This document shows positions 29,205-39,630 of a stretch of DNA of 64,000 nucleotides, one piece after another (within the stretch, counting starts at the first letter, position 1; each line of letters starts with the position of its first letter). Position numbers and translations under genes: made by a program. The notes below the pieces were generated by a model. That model saw only the letters and a program-made list of their open reading frames with translations, was not told where the DNA came from and searched no databases. Source of the DNA: Pseudomonadota bacterium (GTDB lineage: Bacteria; Pseudomonadota; Gammaproteobacteria; Ga0077536); contig JAQCEL010000002.1 in the NCBI GenBank assembly GCA_027618655.1, positions 884 through 64,883 of the forward strand, given 5' to 3'.

Positions 29205-30981
29205 GATCTTCGGTTTTTATCAGCCGTTCACTGTTTGCATCCGGCGCAACTTGCAAGGCGGCCAGCCGCGCATAGGCGCCGTTACTTTTAAGTAGTTCTG
29301 CGTGCGTTCCAGTTTCGACGATGCGACCTTTATCGATCACGACGATCCTATCTACAGCCTCAACTGTCGATAAACGGTGCGCAATAATTAGACTCGTGCG
29401 ACCTTCGCGGATGCGCGTCAGGGCTGATTGGATTTCGCGCTCCGACTGCGTATCTAACGCCGAGGTCGCTTCATCGAAAATTAGAATCGGGGCGTTTTTC
29501 AATAACGCCCGCGCAATTGCGATCCGTTGACGCTGCCCGCCCGATAGTCGGGTCCCATTAGTACCAATCGTCGTATCGAGGCCTTGCGGTAAGTTATCGG
29601 CAAACTCCAACACGTTAGCTGCTTGGGCGGCAGCGCGTACCTCATCAGGTGATGAATCGCGCAACCCACCGTAGGCAATGTTGTTGTAGATAGAGTCGTC
29701 AAACAAAATCACGTCTTGGCCGACGTAGGCGATCGCCTTACGCAGGCTTGTCAGATCGATCTCATCGATTGGGTGTCCGTCAATTCTCACCACGCCGCCA
29801 TCCGTATGGTAGAAGCGTGCCACTAAATCGAGCAAAGTCGATTTGCCGCCGCCAGACGGGCCGACGAAGGCAACTGACTCACCGGAATCAATTTTTAAAG
29901 TTATGTCGTTGAGTACCGGATTATCGGCGAAACACAAACTGACGTTGTCAAATTCGATTGCGCCGCGAGCCCCCTCGAGGCAGATTTTCCCGTCCGAACG
30001 TTCGTGCGCTTGATCAATTAATGCGAATACGCTTTCGGCCGCCGCCAAGCCCCGTTGTAAGAATTCATTGACCCCAGTGACTCGCTTAGTGGGAGGTAGG
30101 AGCAGCGCGGTAGCAGTGACGAAGGCAACAAAATCGCCTTGCGACATCGCGCCACTGGCCGCTTCGCGTAGCGCAAAAACGATCATCGTTGCGATCCCGC
30201 ACGCAATCAATAACTGGATAATCGGCACCGTGGCGGCCGAGGTCTGCACCACTTTCATTTGAAAACTTCGCGCATTGTTAATCGCTCGCGCAAAACGTTT
30301 TGTTTCGAAAGCTTGCCCGGCAAATATTTTAATTTCGCGCTGACCGCGTATGCCTTCTTCAGCGATTTGGTTCAGTTCACCGACCGATTGTTGCAGTTGG
30401 CGGCTTTTTTCGCGCATGCGTTTGGAGACCCGATGGACAACGAAAGCGATCGGCGGCGCCAGCAGGAGAAGACAAGCTGCAAGGCGCCAGTTTAAGTAAA
30501 AAAGGTAGCCAAGCAGGGCGACGATAACCGCGCTGTCTTTGACCAACACGGTGAGCACGCGGGTGGTCGCTTGCGAAACCTGAGTGACATCAAAAGTGAA
30601 TTTTGATACAAGTTCACCAGAGCCACGATGGTCGAAGAAAGCTGATGGTAGATCGATTAAATTGCCAAACATCGCGGCGCGCAGATCCATCACGGTGCGA
30701 TGCGCAATCCACGCCAACGCGACCGTATCGATGTAACTCAGGACGCCACGCAAGGTGAATAGTCCTATTAGCAACAATGGCAATGTTAACGATAGTCCAT
30801 CGACGGTCGCGCGGGCGAATTCTTCGTCGATAAGGTGCTTAAGCAGGGCCGGTAACATCCATTCCGTGGAAGCCAGTGCCAGCATACCGCCGATGGCTAA
30901 TGCGAATACTCGCCAATACGGGCGCACGTGCCCTAATAACCGAACGTATATGTCGGTACTACGTCGATCTGTGATTCGCAT
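29197..30981 (-). CDS. msbA: lipid A export ABC transporter permease/ATPase
   Basis: 594 aa: a six-TM domain plus NBD with GPSGGGKST, LSGGQRQR and ILIFDEATSALD. Confidence 0.85.
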   Translation of the reverse strand: MRITDRRSTDIYVRLLGHVRPYWRVFALAIGGMLALASTEWMLPALLKHLIDEEFARATVDGLSLTLPLLLIGLFTLRGVLSYIDTVALAWIAHRTVMDLRAAMFGNLIDLPSAFFDHRGSGELVSKFTFDVTQVSQATTRVLTVLVKDSAVIVALLGYLFYLNWRLAACLLLLAPPIAFVVHRVSKRMREKSRQLQQSVGELNQIAEEGIRGQREIKIFAGQAFETKRFARAINNARSFQMKVVQTSAATVPIIQLLIACGIATMIVFALREAASGAMSQGDFVAFVTATALLLPPTKRVTGVNEFLQRGLAAAESVFALIDQAHERSDGKICLEGARGAIEFDNVSLCFADNPVLNDITLKIDSGESVAFVGPSGGGKSTLLDLVARFYHTDGGVVRIDGHPIDEIDLTSLRKAIAYVGQDVILFDDSIYNNIAYGGLRDSSPDEVRAAAQAANVLEFADNLPQGLDTTIGTNGTRLSGGQRQRIAIARALLKNAPILIFDEATSALDTQSEREIQSALTRIREGRTSLIIAHRLSTVEAVDRIVVIDKGRIVETGTHAELLKSNGAYARLAALQVAPDANSERLIKTEDLT

Positions 30982-31289
30982 GGCGCGTAATATGCCTGCA
31001 CCTTATTGAATTTGCACTCAACAAGCCGGCATCCGTCACCGGGTTCGGATAGTCAATTACATTAAATTGTGGCGGTTCGTCAGCGCGGTATCGGAGATAA
31101 GTCCAATCGGGCTACAGGTATCCAACTCGCTGCAAGTTCGTCAACACGAGCATTCGAATTTATCGCGCAGGCCTAGCTCGTTTGTTAGAATTGTTAATCA
31201 GTCTGCGGGTAGGATTGGTTTTAATCTACGAATATTAAGTAAGCTGGGGCTATAATGGCGACCCGTCTGATAGTCTAAGGTCAATCGAT

Positions 31290-31967
31290 ATGCGCACGAT
31301 TTTAGTATTGAACGCCAAAGGCGGGAGCGGCAAAACGACCGTCGCGACGAATTTGGCCGGCTTCTATGCCTCTGAGGGCGCGAAGGTTGCGCTAGTCGAC
31401 CACGATCCGCAAGGAAGCAGTCTTGATTGGTTGAGCGTCCGGCCAAAGGATCGCCCGAAAATAGCGGCCGTTGATGGTGCCTCGGATAAGCGCATCCGGG
31501 TACCACGTAGTACGGATGTCGTGATCATGGATGCTCCGTCGCGAACTCATGATGAGCAACTCGCAGCGTTAGTGCGACGCGCGCAAACCATCGTTTTACC
31601 CGTTGTACCCTCACCGATAGATATTCGCGCCGCACAACGATTTTTGCGGGAACTGCGGGAGTTACGCAACCTCGTCGATACCGACGTGAAACTTACTACA
31701 GTGGCTAATCGAGTCCGTGAGGGTTCGCAAATTGCGAACGAACTTGAAGACTACTTGTTTGAACTAAAACTTCCGTCGGGACGAAAATTCCCGTTCATTA
31801 CCATGCTCCGCCAGAGCACGAATTACATTCGCTCAGCCGAAAAAGGGCTCTCCATCTTTGAATTCGCGCCGGTCCAGACGGCTGGCGATAGGGAGTATTG
31901 GTCGCCGCTCACGCGCTGGCTACAAAGTCCACGGAGTCTGCCCGAGCGACGGCCGACGGTTAGCTAG
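31290..31967 (+). CDS. ParA/MinD-like ATPase (orphan)
   Basis: 225 aa with the deviant Walker A NAKGGSGKTT and the DHDPQGS motif. No parB-like gene is adjacent. Confidence 0.8.
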   Translation: MRTILVLNAKGGSGKTTVATNLAGFYASEGAKVALVDHDPQGSSLDWLSVRPKDRPKIAAVDGASDKRIRVPRSTDVVIMDAPSRTHDEQLAALVRRAQTIVLPVVPSPIDIRAAQRFLRELRELRNLVDTDVKLTTVANRVREGSQIANELEDYLFELKLPSGRKFPFITMLRQSTNYIRSAEKGLSIFEFAPVQTAGDREYWSPLTRWLQSPRSLPERRPTVS

Positions 31968-31972
31968 TAAAT

Positions 31973-33178
31973 TTAGGCTGGGAGCACTGCTAACGACCTG
32001 ACTGGATGGGTCGCGAGCGCTAAACCGTCGCGGCGGGCGAGCGCCGCATCGTCAACTTCGCCCGCTTGTTCGTGAACTTCGGCAAGTAAAGCGTAGGCGA
32101 TAGGAGACGGCGCCACGGTGATTAATTGCTCGACGTATCCACGCGCCTTCTTCCAGGCATTAGCGCAGACACTTAGTTTCGCTAAAGCGAGGAGCAGATC
32201 GACATCTTCGGCACGCGATACCAACCAGCTTTCGGCGCGTTCCAATTGCAGGGCTGCATTATGGATACGCACTTCTCCATATTGACGCACGGTATCGGGA
32301 TGCCATTGTCGCGTAAGGCTTTTACGCAGTAATTTTTCTGCTTCTTCGTGATGCCCGAAGGCGACCAACTGCTGGCAATACAGCGCGAGGCATGGCGCTT
32401 GCCCGCGCGCGGCTTTCGGTAGAGCGTTCCAAATTTCATCGAGTTCATCAAATGATGCGAAGTTTCGAGCGAGCAGTTGTGTCGCCGTTTCACGTTCCAA
32501 GGTGGCTAGACGTTCTGTGTCAAAAACCCGATGCCGACGCAAGACCGGGAGCAGATGAAGGAGCGCCCTGGTGTCACCGACTTCCTGATAGGCCTGCTGC
32601 TGCAGTCCCAGTATTTGCTTGTTGTCGGGGTGACGGTCTGCCAAGTATTCCAAGGTAGCCCGCGATTGTTCGACTTGGTTATTGGCTAACTGCATTTGCG
32701 CCCGTTTGATCCCGATCGCGACTTCTGCCGACGGCATCGCCGCGCGTGCGAGGCTCAAGTAATTATCGCGGCGATCAACCGCGTTTTGTGCCTGGGCGGC
32801 TTCCGCAGCCCCGAGATAGTGGATCGCAGGTGCTAGTTCGTCATCAGCGCCGCGACTTAATAGTTGCTCGGCGCGCGGAAAATTCCCTTCGGCCAGGGCC
32901 ACAAGGCCGTTGGCTAATGCGCGTTTCGAGCGCTTTGCGCGATACTCGCCGGTCCACCCGATCCAACGCGTTTTTATCGTAATAAGTCGATATAAGATGC
33001 GCCATGTTAAATAGAGCGCGGTCCAGCCAACAACGAGCAGCACGAGGAAAAACACGAAACTGGTCCGAAAAACCTTCCCGCCGTAGCCAATCACCACGAA
33101 CCCGGCATCATCTGAGATCAAATGGCCGAGCACCATGGCTAAAGCCAGCGACAGCATTGTAATAACTAATAACTTCAC
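31973..33178 (-). CDS. hemY: HemY-like TPR membrane protein
   Basis: 401 aa with two N-terminal TM helices and TPR-like repeats. It is the last gene of a hemC-hemD-hemX-hemY string. Confidence 0.8.
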   Translation of the reverse strand: MKLLVITMLSLALAMVLGHLISDDAGFVVIGYGGKVFRTSFVFFLVLLVVGWTALYLTWRILYRLITIKTRWIGWTGEYRAKRSKRALANGLVALAEGNFPRAEQLLSRGADDELAPAIHYLGAAEAAQAQNAVDRRDNYLSLARAAMPSAEVAIGIKRAQMQLANNQVEQSRATLEYLADRHPDNKQILGLQQQAYQEVGDTRALLHLLPVLRRHRVFDTERLATLERETATQLLARNFASFDELDEIWNALPKAARGQAPCLALYCQQLVAFGHHEEAEKLLRKSLTRQWHPDTVRQYGEVRIHNAALQLERAESWLVSRAEDVDLLLALAKLSVCANAWKKARGYVEQLITVAPSPIAYALLAEVHEQAGEVDDAALARRDGLALATHPVRSLAVLPA

Positions 33179-34404
33179 CGCACTGATCCCGAATTCGCCG
33201 CGCGCGTGAGGCGATATTTTCTGATCACATCAAGACTTGTCGTGATGCTCGGCATGGCCGGCGCTAAATCTGTTTCTTTAGCTTCGTTCAGTTTTTTGAT
33301 GAGATTGTCGACCTTGGCATCGCTCGAGTTATAGTAATTTTCCAGCAAGCGATTAATTAAAACGACTGACGCGCCGAGATTGTTACTGTCGAGTCGCAGT
33401 ACGGAAAGACGCGCGGATGCAAGTTCGATTTTAAGATTTTGGCGCAGGAAATAGCGTAGCTCTGGATCGAAGAGCACGCTATCAGGTAAATCCGCATCCT
33501 TCACTTGGACTAGGTCAACTAAATCGGACCAAATCGCGTAGCCCAAACGACGCCAGTCTTCGACTTTGTATTCGCCAGTTCTTACTGACGAAAAAGCGGT
33601 GACTTCCTCAGCGATGGGTTTTGTGGGGAGCTCGTCCACCATACCGATTGCGGTCGCCAAAAAAATGGCTAATTCCTCAATGGGCGGCTGGTTCACACCT
33701 TCAAGCGCCGTGACGTCTTTGCTGATCTGTTCGCGGATGGGGATTAAATCGGGGTGTTCGGCCGAGCCGAGACGCTGGTCGGCGGCGCGCAATGCCGCTA
33801 TGGCGGTTTCAACATCCCTCTCAAGCGCAAGTCGTTGGGTCGCGGCGAGGACAAGGTATTCAGTTTCTGCAAGTACCCAGTCGACCGAGGTTTGGGTTTC
33901 CTTTTCGTACAAGGCACTAACCGATCGCTGCAACTCATTCTGCGCGGCCACGGCCGTGTCGATCTTAGAACCCAATGATCCGGCTTGCGCCTGAGCGGAT
34001 TCTGCACTCTCGGCCGCGGCGGCGATTGAATGTTTGATATCGGCGCCGGATTCGGCTTGGCTGCTGCTGAGCGCGGCTAGCTGCTCGCGCAAGATGCCTA
34101 GATCGGCTTCATAGACATTTTGCCGCCAGTAAAATGCTGCGCCGCCGAGAGCAAGGATCAATAAGAATAAAATCAGTCCTGCGACGAGTGTCAGGCGGCT
34201 GCGTACTAGACGGGACGGCAGGCTCGCTGGTGGCTCGCGATTCGTTCGGTCCGTGTCGATATCGTCAAGCTCAATTTCATCGATATCAATATCGCTGTCC
34301 TGGTCGTCAATTACGTCGTTTGCTTGCGGCTCGACATCCAAGCGCTCTTGTGAGGCACCAGCGTTCGGCGGTTCACCAGCTTTTGGGTTCTCATCATTAT
34401 TCAT
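33175..34404 (-). CDS. hemX: HemX-like membrane protein
   Basis: 409 aa with an acidic N-terminus, a single TM helix and a coiled-coil region. It sits between hemD and hemY with 4-nt overlaps. Confidence 0.75.
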   Translation of the reverse strand: MNNDENPKAGEPPNAGASQERLDVEPQANDVIDDQDSDIDIDEIELDDIDTDRTNREPPASLPSRLVRSRLTLVAGLILFLLILALGGAAFYWRQNVYEADLGILREQLAALSSSQAESGADIKHSIAAAAESAESAQAQAGSLGSKIDTAVAAQNELQRSVSALYEKETQTSVDWVLAETEYLVLAATQRLALERDVETAIAALRAADQRLGSAEHPDLIPIREQISKDVTALEGVNQPPIEELAIFLATAIGMVDELPTKPIAEEVTAFSSVRTGEYKVEDWRRLGYAIWSDLVDLVQVKDADLPDSVLFDPELRYFLRQNLKIELASARLSVLRLDSNNLGASVVLINRLLENYYNSSDAKVDNLIKKLNEAKETDLAPAMPSITTSLDVIRKYRLTRAANSGSVR

Positions 34405-35183
34405 AATTCGTCCATGGCCCGGTGTATGAGGGTATCGATAATCGTGTCGTCGTCAGGATTATCGACGATTACGGGCGGGTTCGTAAAACCGAGTGCCGCG
34501 ACCCTATTCGCAACTCTCGCTCCAACGACAATGAGGGGCATATTAAACAGTTCGATGAGTGCCTCGGCGCGGATTTTTTCGGCCAAATTATTCAAAATGT
34601 CGAGACTCGTCACGACCGCAACCCCAGGTGTGCGCACCCGGGCGGCGAGTAAGGTTCGGGCGAGGGACAATTGCGTAGCAGCACGCGCGTACACTTCGCA
34701 GTAATCAACTGCTGCGCCGCGCGAGGTGAGTGTCTCTGAGAGCAGCTCGCGACCACCGGACCCTCTGAAAATCAGTATCTTAGCGCCGGCAACCTGAGAA
34801 TCCTGCAAAGCGTCTAGACGGAGCAGGCCAGCTGAGGAGAATTCATCGACGGGCATTGACACCGTTCCAAAACCGCTGTCCTGAAGCGCTTTCGCAGTGC
34901 CCGGACCGACCGCAAAGAGCTGCTGCGTCGTGAACCGCCGGTGATGGTTTGCAAGTTCTGCTAAGCCATAACTCACCGCATTTCGGCTGATAAAAATGAC
35001 TTTCGCATAGCTTTCAATTGCGTCAATTCTGGCCTTAACCGACGGCCCGGACGCTGGCTGGATCTCGAGCATCGGTGCGCTGATCGCGACACCACCTGCG
35101 ACTTCGATGCGCTCGCAAATGCTGCCGGCATGAGCGTCAGGTCGCGTAATGAGCACGCTTAAACCTTGCAAGGAATGGGGCAT
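34401..35183 (-). CDS. hemD: uroporphyrinogen-III synthase
   Basis: 260 aa with the HemD fold pattern, downstream of hemC. Confidence 0.85.
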   Translation of the reverse strand: MPHSLQGLSVLITRPDAHAGSICERIEVAGGVAISAPMLEIQPASGPSVKARIDAIESYAKVIFISRNAVSYGLAELANHHRRFTTQQLFAVGPGTAKALQDSGFGTVSMPVDEFSSAGLLRLDALQDSQVAGAKILIFRGSGGRELLSETLTSRGAAVDYCEVYARAATQLSLARTLLAARVRTPGVAVVTSLDILNNLAEKIRAEALIELFNMPLIVVGARVANRVAALGFTNPPVIVDNPDDDTIIDTLIHRAMDEL

Positions 35184-35272
35184 CTTGTGACGTTCTCCAG
35201 TGCTCGCCCGCGGCTCTTTGGGGCACCAAAAATCAAGATCGAGACGAATATCGCAACGTTTTCCGACCCCGA

Positions 35273-36208
35273 TTAAGCGCCGCGCAATTCACCCAAGATC
35301 TCGCGCGCCCCAGCCGCAACCAGAGACGCGCCGAGCGCGCGACCCAGATCGCTGCCCGTATCCATTGGACCGGTGATCTCCTCGCGCGCAATGCGGCGAC
35401 CATCGACGCTCGCGACAAGCCCGACCAACGTCATAACACCCTCGTGCAAAGTTGCATGAGCGGCCAGAGGAATATCGCAGCCGCCATCGAGAAAGGCACT
35501 CATGGCACGTTCTGCAGCAACTCGAATTCCGCTGTCCGGATGGTGCAAAACTTGAATCAGCGCCTGTGTATCTACATCGTCCGCGCGACATTCAATACCG
35601 ATAGCGCCTTGACCGACCGCCGGAACGAGTTCGGTTACAGTGAATCGTTGCGCTATTTTGGCGCTTAATCCAAGCCGAATTAATCCCGCCGAGGCGAGCA
35701 CGATCGCATCAAATTCACTACGTTCGAGTTTGTCGACTCGCGTCGTGACGTTGCCGCGCAGATCGCGGATATCGAGGTCATCACGCTGCGCCAACAACTG
35801 GCTTCTACGACGCAAGCTTGAGGTCCCAACCGTCGCCCCCTTAGGCAATTGTTCGAATCCGTTCCCGGTTCTCGTGACTAAGGCATCGCGCGGATCTTCG
35901 CGTTCTAGGATCACTGGAATGGCTAAGCCGCTCGGCGTCGCGACGGGGACATCTTTCATGGAATGAACCGCAATGTCGGCGTGGTCGTCGAACAAAGCTT
36001 GTTCCAGTTCTTTAATGAAAAGCCCTTTCCCGCCAATCTTGGCGAGCGGCCGGTCAAGTATTTTGTCACCCGTTGTCGTGATCGGAATCAGCTTGACGAC
36101 AAGACCAGCATGAGCATGGCGCAATTGTGCGCTGACATGCTCTGCTTGCCACATCGCCAGAGCACTGCTGCGCGTAGCGATACGGATAATTTTCGTGTCT
36201 CGGAGCAT
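35273..36208 (-). CDS. hemC: hydroxymethylbilane synthase
   Basis: 311 aa with RIATRSSALAMWQAEHV and further conserved HemC blocks. Confidence 0.95.
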   Translation of the reverse strand: MLRDTKIIRIATRSSALAMWQAEHVSAQLRHAHAGLVVKLIPITTTGDKILDRPLAKIGGKGLFIKELEQALFDDHADIAVHSMKDVPVATPSGLAIPVILEREDPRDALVTRTGNGFEQLPKGATVGTSSLRRRSQLLAQRDDLDIRDLRGNVTTRVDKLERSEFDAIVLASAGLIRLGLSAKIAQRFTVTELVPAVGQGAIGIECRADDVDTQALIQVLHHPDSGIRVAAERAMSAFLDGGCDIPLAAHATLHEGVMTLVGLVASVDGRRIAREEITGPMDTGSDLGRALGASLVAAGAREILGELRGA

Positions 36209-36293
36209 GCTTTTCTTGGAGTAAATTGCGCATCGAAATTCGTTGCTTATGCTAAGGTGTCGCCCTGGCTAGGGCAACAAGAGATCAGCAAAC

Positions 36294-37247
36294 ATGAGTA
36301 TCACCGTTGGCGTCGTAATGGACCCGATCAGCGATATCAATCCGAAGAAAGATACGACCTTGGCGATCCTCTTAGGCGTGCAGCGTCGCGGTTGGGATAT
36401 ACACTACATGGAAGTCAACGATCTCGGCCTACGCGACGGTGTACCTTTCGCATACACGCGAGCTTTGACCGTAAAAGATTCGCTTGACCAATGGTATGAG
36501 TTCACCAGCGGCAGACAACAAATTGCGTTGGCCGATCTCGACATCGTCTTGATGCGTAAAGACCCGCCGTTCGATACGGAATATATCTTTGCGACCTATC
36601 TCCTAGAGCAAGCTCAGGCGCGCGGATGTTTGGTCGTCAATGATCCGCGCTCGCTACGTGATGCAAACGAAAAACTTTTCACCGCGTGGTTCGCGGATGT
36701 TTGCCCGAGCACCTTGGTGACACGCGAGGCTGCAGAGATCAAACGATTTCTGGACGAATTTGGCGACATTATCGTCAAACCGCTAGATGGCATGGGCGGC
36801 GCTTCGATCTTTCGCGTCACCGCCGGTGACTCCAACGCTAGCGTGATATACGAAACACTCACTCATCACGGCCAAACGTTCTGTATGGTCCAGAACTATA
36901 TTCCCGAGATCGTCGATGGCGATAAACGCATACTCATGATCGACGGTGAACCGGTACCTTACGCATTAGCGCGCGTGCCGTCAGTCGGCGAATTGCGCGG
37001 CAATCTAGCCGCCGGCGGGACTGGCCGTGGCCAGCCGCTTAGCGAACGCGATCGCGAAATTTGTGCGACCGTCGGACCGGAACTAAAACGTCGAGGACTC
37101 ATCTTCGTTGGCTTAGACGTGATCGGTAATTACTTGACTGAGATTAATGTCACCAGCCCGACATGCATTCGTGAGTTGGAATCGCAATTCGATATTGCGA
37201 TTGCTGATCAATTGGTGGAATGCATTGCTGGACACCTCAAACGTTGA
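36294..37247 (+). CDS. gshB: glutathione synthetase
   Basis: 317 aa. ATP-grasp GshB blocks are present (MRKDPPFD, KPLDGMGG, EINVTSPT). Confidence 0.95.
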   Translation: MSITVGVVMDPISDINPKKDTTLAILLGVQRRGWDIHYMEVNDLGLRDGVPFAYTRALTVKDSLDQWYEFTSGRQQIALADLDIVLMRKDPPFDTEYIFATYLLEQAQARGCLVVNDPRSLRDANEKLFTAWFADVCPSTLVTREAAEIKRFLDEFGDIIVKPLDGMGGASIFRVTAGDSNASVIYETLTHHGQTFCMVQNYIPEIVDGDKRILMIDGEPVPYALARVPSVGELRGNLAAGGTGRGQPLSERDREICATVGPELKRRGLIFVGLDVIGNYLTEINVTSPTCIRELESQFDIAIADQLVECIAGHLKR

Positions 37248-37429
37248 ACGCTTGACCTTGTCACGCGGCATTTACCGATATAATGGCCGGCCCAAAACGC
37301 TGCCGATTACGACATCAGCCGCGCTTTGCGATTTTATCCGTGGGTTTTTTTGTTACCCACATCGACTCGATTAATGGCGTTCCGAAACGATTTGCTTAGC
37401 ACAATAGAAACACATCTGGCCAGATCGGC

Positions 37430-38437
37430 ATGAGCGCGATCGCGACACAACCCGGAGTCACTACCGGGGACCGCCTCGGGCTGACCATTTGTATTGCAAT
37501 TATTATCCATACCATGGTCGTCATGGGCGTTAGCTTTTCACCAGAGCCAATTCCCGAATCTCGCTTTGAATCGCTTGAGGTGATCCTCGTCACCAAACGA
37601 TCCGAAAAGCCACCCGAAGATGCGGAGCTGCTCGCTCAATCTAATTTACAAGGCGGTGGCAACAGCGAACAAACGGAGCGTCCAAGTGCGCCGGTTGAAG
37701 CACCCATTCCGGCACCGACCCCAGAAATCGCGGCGACATCGGCACCCCCTGTCGAACAACGATTGGAACAGGCCGCCGATCCTATCGCTACTGAGGAACG
37801 CGTCCCGGCTGAAGCGCAAAGCGCCGAAGCGCAAGCGCCATCCCCGGCGCCAGAACGCCTGGTGGCTGAGGTGCCACAAGCAGATCTCCAGAAACCGGAA
37901 CCGCAATCCCAGCCTCAACCTGACGCAACGGTCGCACCCGTCAGTCCACCGAAAGAACAGCCGCGACCTAAAGTTGCGACCCAGCCGCTGCCCACCGCGG
38001 CTCAGCTCATCACCCGATCGTTTGCGATGGCCAGTCTCGACGCCGAGTTGCAGCAAAAACTTGAACTCCGCGCGCGACGCCCACGGCGTAAGTTTATCTC
38101 TGCCAGTACGAAGGAATATCGGTTTGCCCCCTACATGGAAGCATGGCGCGCGAAAGTCGAAAGAGTCGGCAACATTAATTACCCCGATGAGGCGCGGCGC
38201 AATGATTTATCGGGATCGTTATTACTCGACGTCGCGATTAACCCGGACGGTTCGGTGCGCGAAATTACCGTGCGACGTTCGTCAGGCAAAAAAGTGTTAG
38301 ACGACGCGGCCGTGAGAATTGTCGAATTGGCTGCACCGTTTGCGCGTTTCCCCGACGATTTCTTAAAGGAAATTGATATTTTGCACTTAACCCGAACGTG
38401 GAATTTTTTAAATAGCGACCGATTCGCGAGTCCCTAA
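37430..38437 (+). CDS. TonB-family energy transducer (position matches the Pseudomonas tonB3 locus as I recall it)
   Basis: N-terminal TM helix, a Pro/Glu/Ala-rich spacer, and a C-terminal TonB domain (YPDEARRNDLSGSLLLDVAINPDGSV..SSGKKVLDDAA). Confidence 0.8.
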   Translation: MSAIATQPGVTTGDRLGLTICIAIIIHTMVVMGVSFSPEPIPESRFESLEVILVTKRSEKPPEDAELLAQSNLQGGGNSEQTERPSAPVEAPIPAPTPEIAATSAPPVEQRLEQAADPIATEERVPAEAQSAEAQAPSPAPERLVAEVPQADLQKPEPQSQPQPDATVAPVSPPKEQPRPKVATQPLPTAAQLITRSFAMASLDAELQQKLELRARRPRRKFISASTKEYRFAPYMEAWRAKVERVGNINYPDEARRNDLSGSLLLDVAINPDGSVREITVRRSSGKKVLDDAAVRIVELAAPFARFPDDFLKEIDILHLTRTWNFLNSDRFASP

Positions 38438-38634
38438 ATTGTAGCGCGCACATTGCGTCACACAAGGCCCGCGGCGGCGCAAAGCGAGGTGTCAATCATC
38501 AGCCTTGCATGAACGGGTGGCCGATGGTTGACGTTTTCGACTTGTAAGATTTGCGCGGTGCATGAATACTAATCATCCTTGAAACGCTGGTTCACTAGCT
38601 GTCACTTGTGGCCGATATCACAACGTACAATGTT

Positions 38635-39195
38635 ATGGACTCATTCGATTTAACCAACCATTTTCTGATCGCGATGCCGTCACTCAACGACCCGAATTTT
38701 TCCAAGACGGTCACCTATATGTGTGCGCATAACAACGAAGGTGCGATGGGTATCGTGATAAACCGCCCGACGGAGATGGAACTCGCGGAAGTGTTCGAGC
38801 AAATGAGCATCGAATTCGGATTGTCCGACGCCGACCAGCAGCCCGTGTACCTCGGCGGACCTGTACACCGCGATCGCGGGTTCATCATTCATCATCCAGC
38901 AACGAGTTGGGAATCTTCCATACACGTGACGAGTGAATTGGCCGTGTCGACGTCACGCGACATATTGGAAGCGATCGGTGCTGGGACGGGGCCGCGAGAA
39001 TCACTCGTCGCCTTAGGTTACGCTGGCTGGGGCGCAGGTCAGCTCGAACAAGAGATGCGTCAGAATTCATGGTTAAGTGGGCCAGCGAGTTTAGACATTA
39101 TCTTTAGGACTCCGGCCGAGCTTCGCTGGCAGCGCGCCGCTGAACAGATGGGCGTGAATTTAAGCGCGATGTCTAGCGACGTCGGACACGCTTAG
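38635..39195 (+). CDS. algH: YqgE/AlgH-family protein
   Basis: Carries HFLIAMPSLNDPNFSKTVTYMCAHNNEGAMGIVINRP. The start is taken at the ATG at 38635 inside the tracked GTG ORF. Confidence 0.85.
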   Translation: MDSFDLTNHFLIAMPSLNDPNFSKTVTYMCAHNNEGAMGIVINRPTEMELAEVFEQMSIEFGLSDADQQPVYLGGPVHRDRGFIIHHPATSWESSIHVTSELAVSTSRDILEAIGAGTGPRESLVALGYAGWGAGQLEQEMRQNSWLSGPASLDIIFRTPAELRWQRAAEQMGVNLSAMSSDVGHA

Positions 39196-39198
39196 GCA

Positions 39199-39630
39199 AT
39201 GTCCATGAACGATTATGCGCAAACGGTCATGGCGTTTGATTACGGTACGCGGCGTATTGGCGTAGCGGTGGGTCAGACCGTTTCGCGCACCGCCACGGCT
39301 TTGAAAATTGTGCACGCAAAAAATGGTAATCCGCGCTGGGACGATATTACGAAACTGATCGATGAGTGGGCGCCTGACATGTTTGTCGTGGGCAAACCCT
39401 CCTATGATGACGGCCGTCGGCACCCGCTAGATGATGCCATTGAACGATTCTCGCGACGCTTAACGGGCCGCTACTCACGATCCGTTGCCTTCGTGGATGA
39501 GCATTTGTCGTCTTACGAAGCATCACAAACTGCCATTTCGCGGCCACACGCGCTCGACGCTGATGCCGCACGAGTCATCCTCCGCACGTGGTTCGAACAA
39601 ATGCCGAGTACCGATCAGGTTGTCAATTAA
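39199..39630 (+). CDS. ruvX: Holliday-junction resolvase-like nuclease RuvX (YqgF)
   Basis: 143 aa with the AFDYGTRRIGVAV motif. Confidence 0.9.
   Translation: MSMNDYAQTVMAFDYGTRRIGVAVGQTVSRTATALKIVHAKNGNPRWDDITKLIDEWAPDMFVVGKPSYDDGRRHPLDDAIERFSRRLTGRYSRSVAFVDEHLSSYEASQTAISRPHALDADAARVILRTWFEQMPSTDQVVN

Noticed and set aside
37340-37360. The hairpin gtgggt-ttttttgtt-acccac, 93 nt after gshB.
   Set aside because: The T-run lies in the loop and not after the stem, so it is not a canonical intrinsic terminator. The stem is short (6 bp).
37680-37990. Repetitive Pro/Ala/Glu/Gln-rich DNA, and the acidic DIDIDEIELDDID-coding stretch in hemX (about 34230-34300), considered as tandem repeats or a CRISPR-like array.
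   Set aside because: These are the normal proline-rich spacer of TonB and a low-complexity acidic segment of HemX. They show no regular repeat-spacer periodicity.
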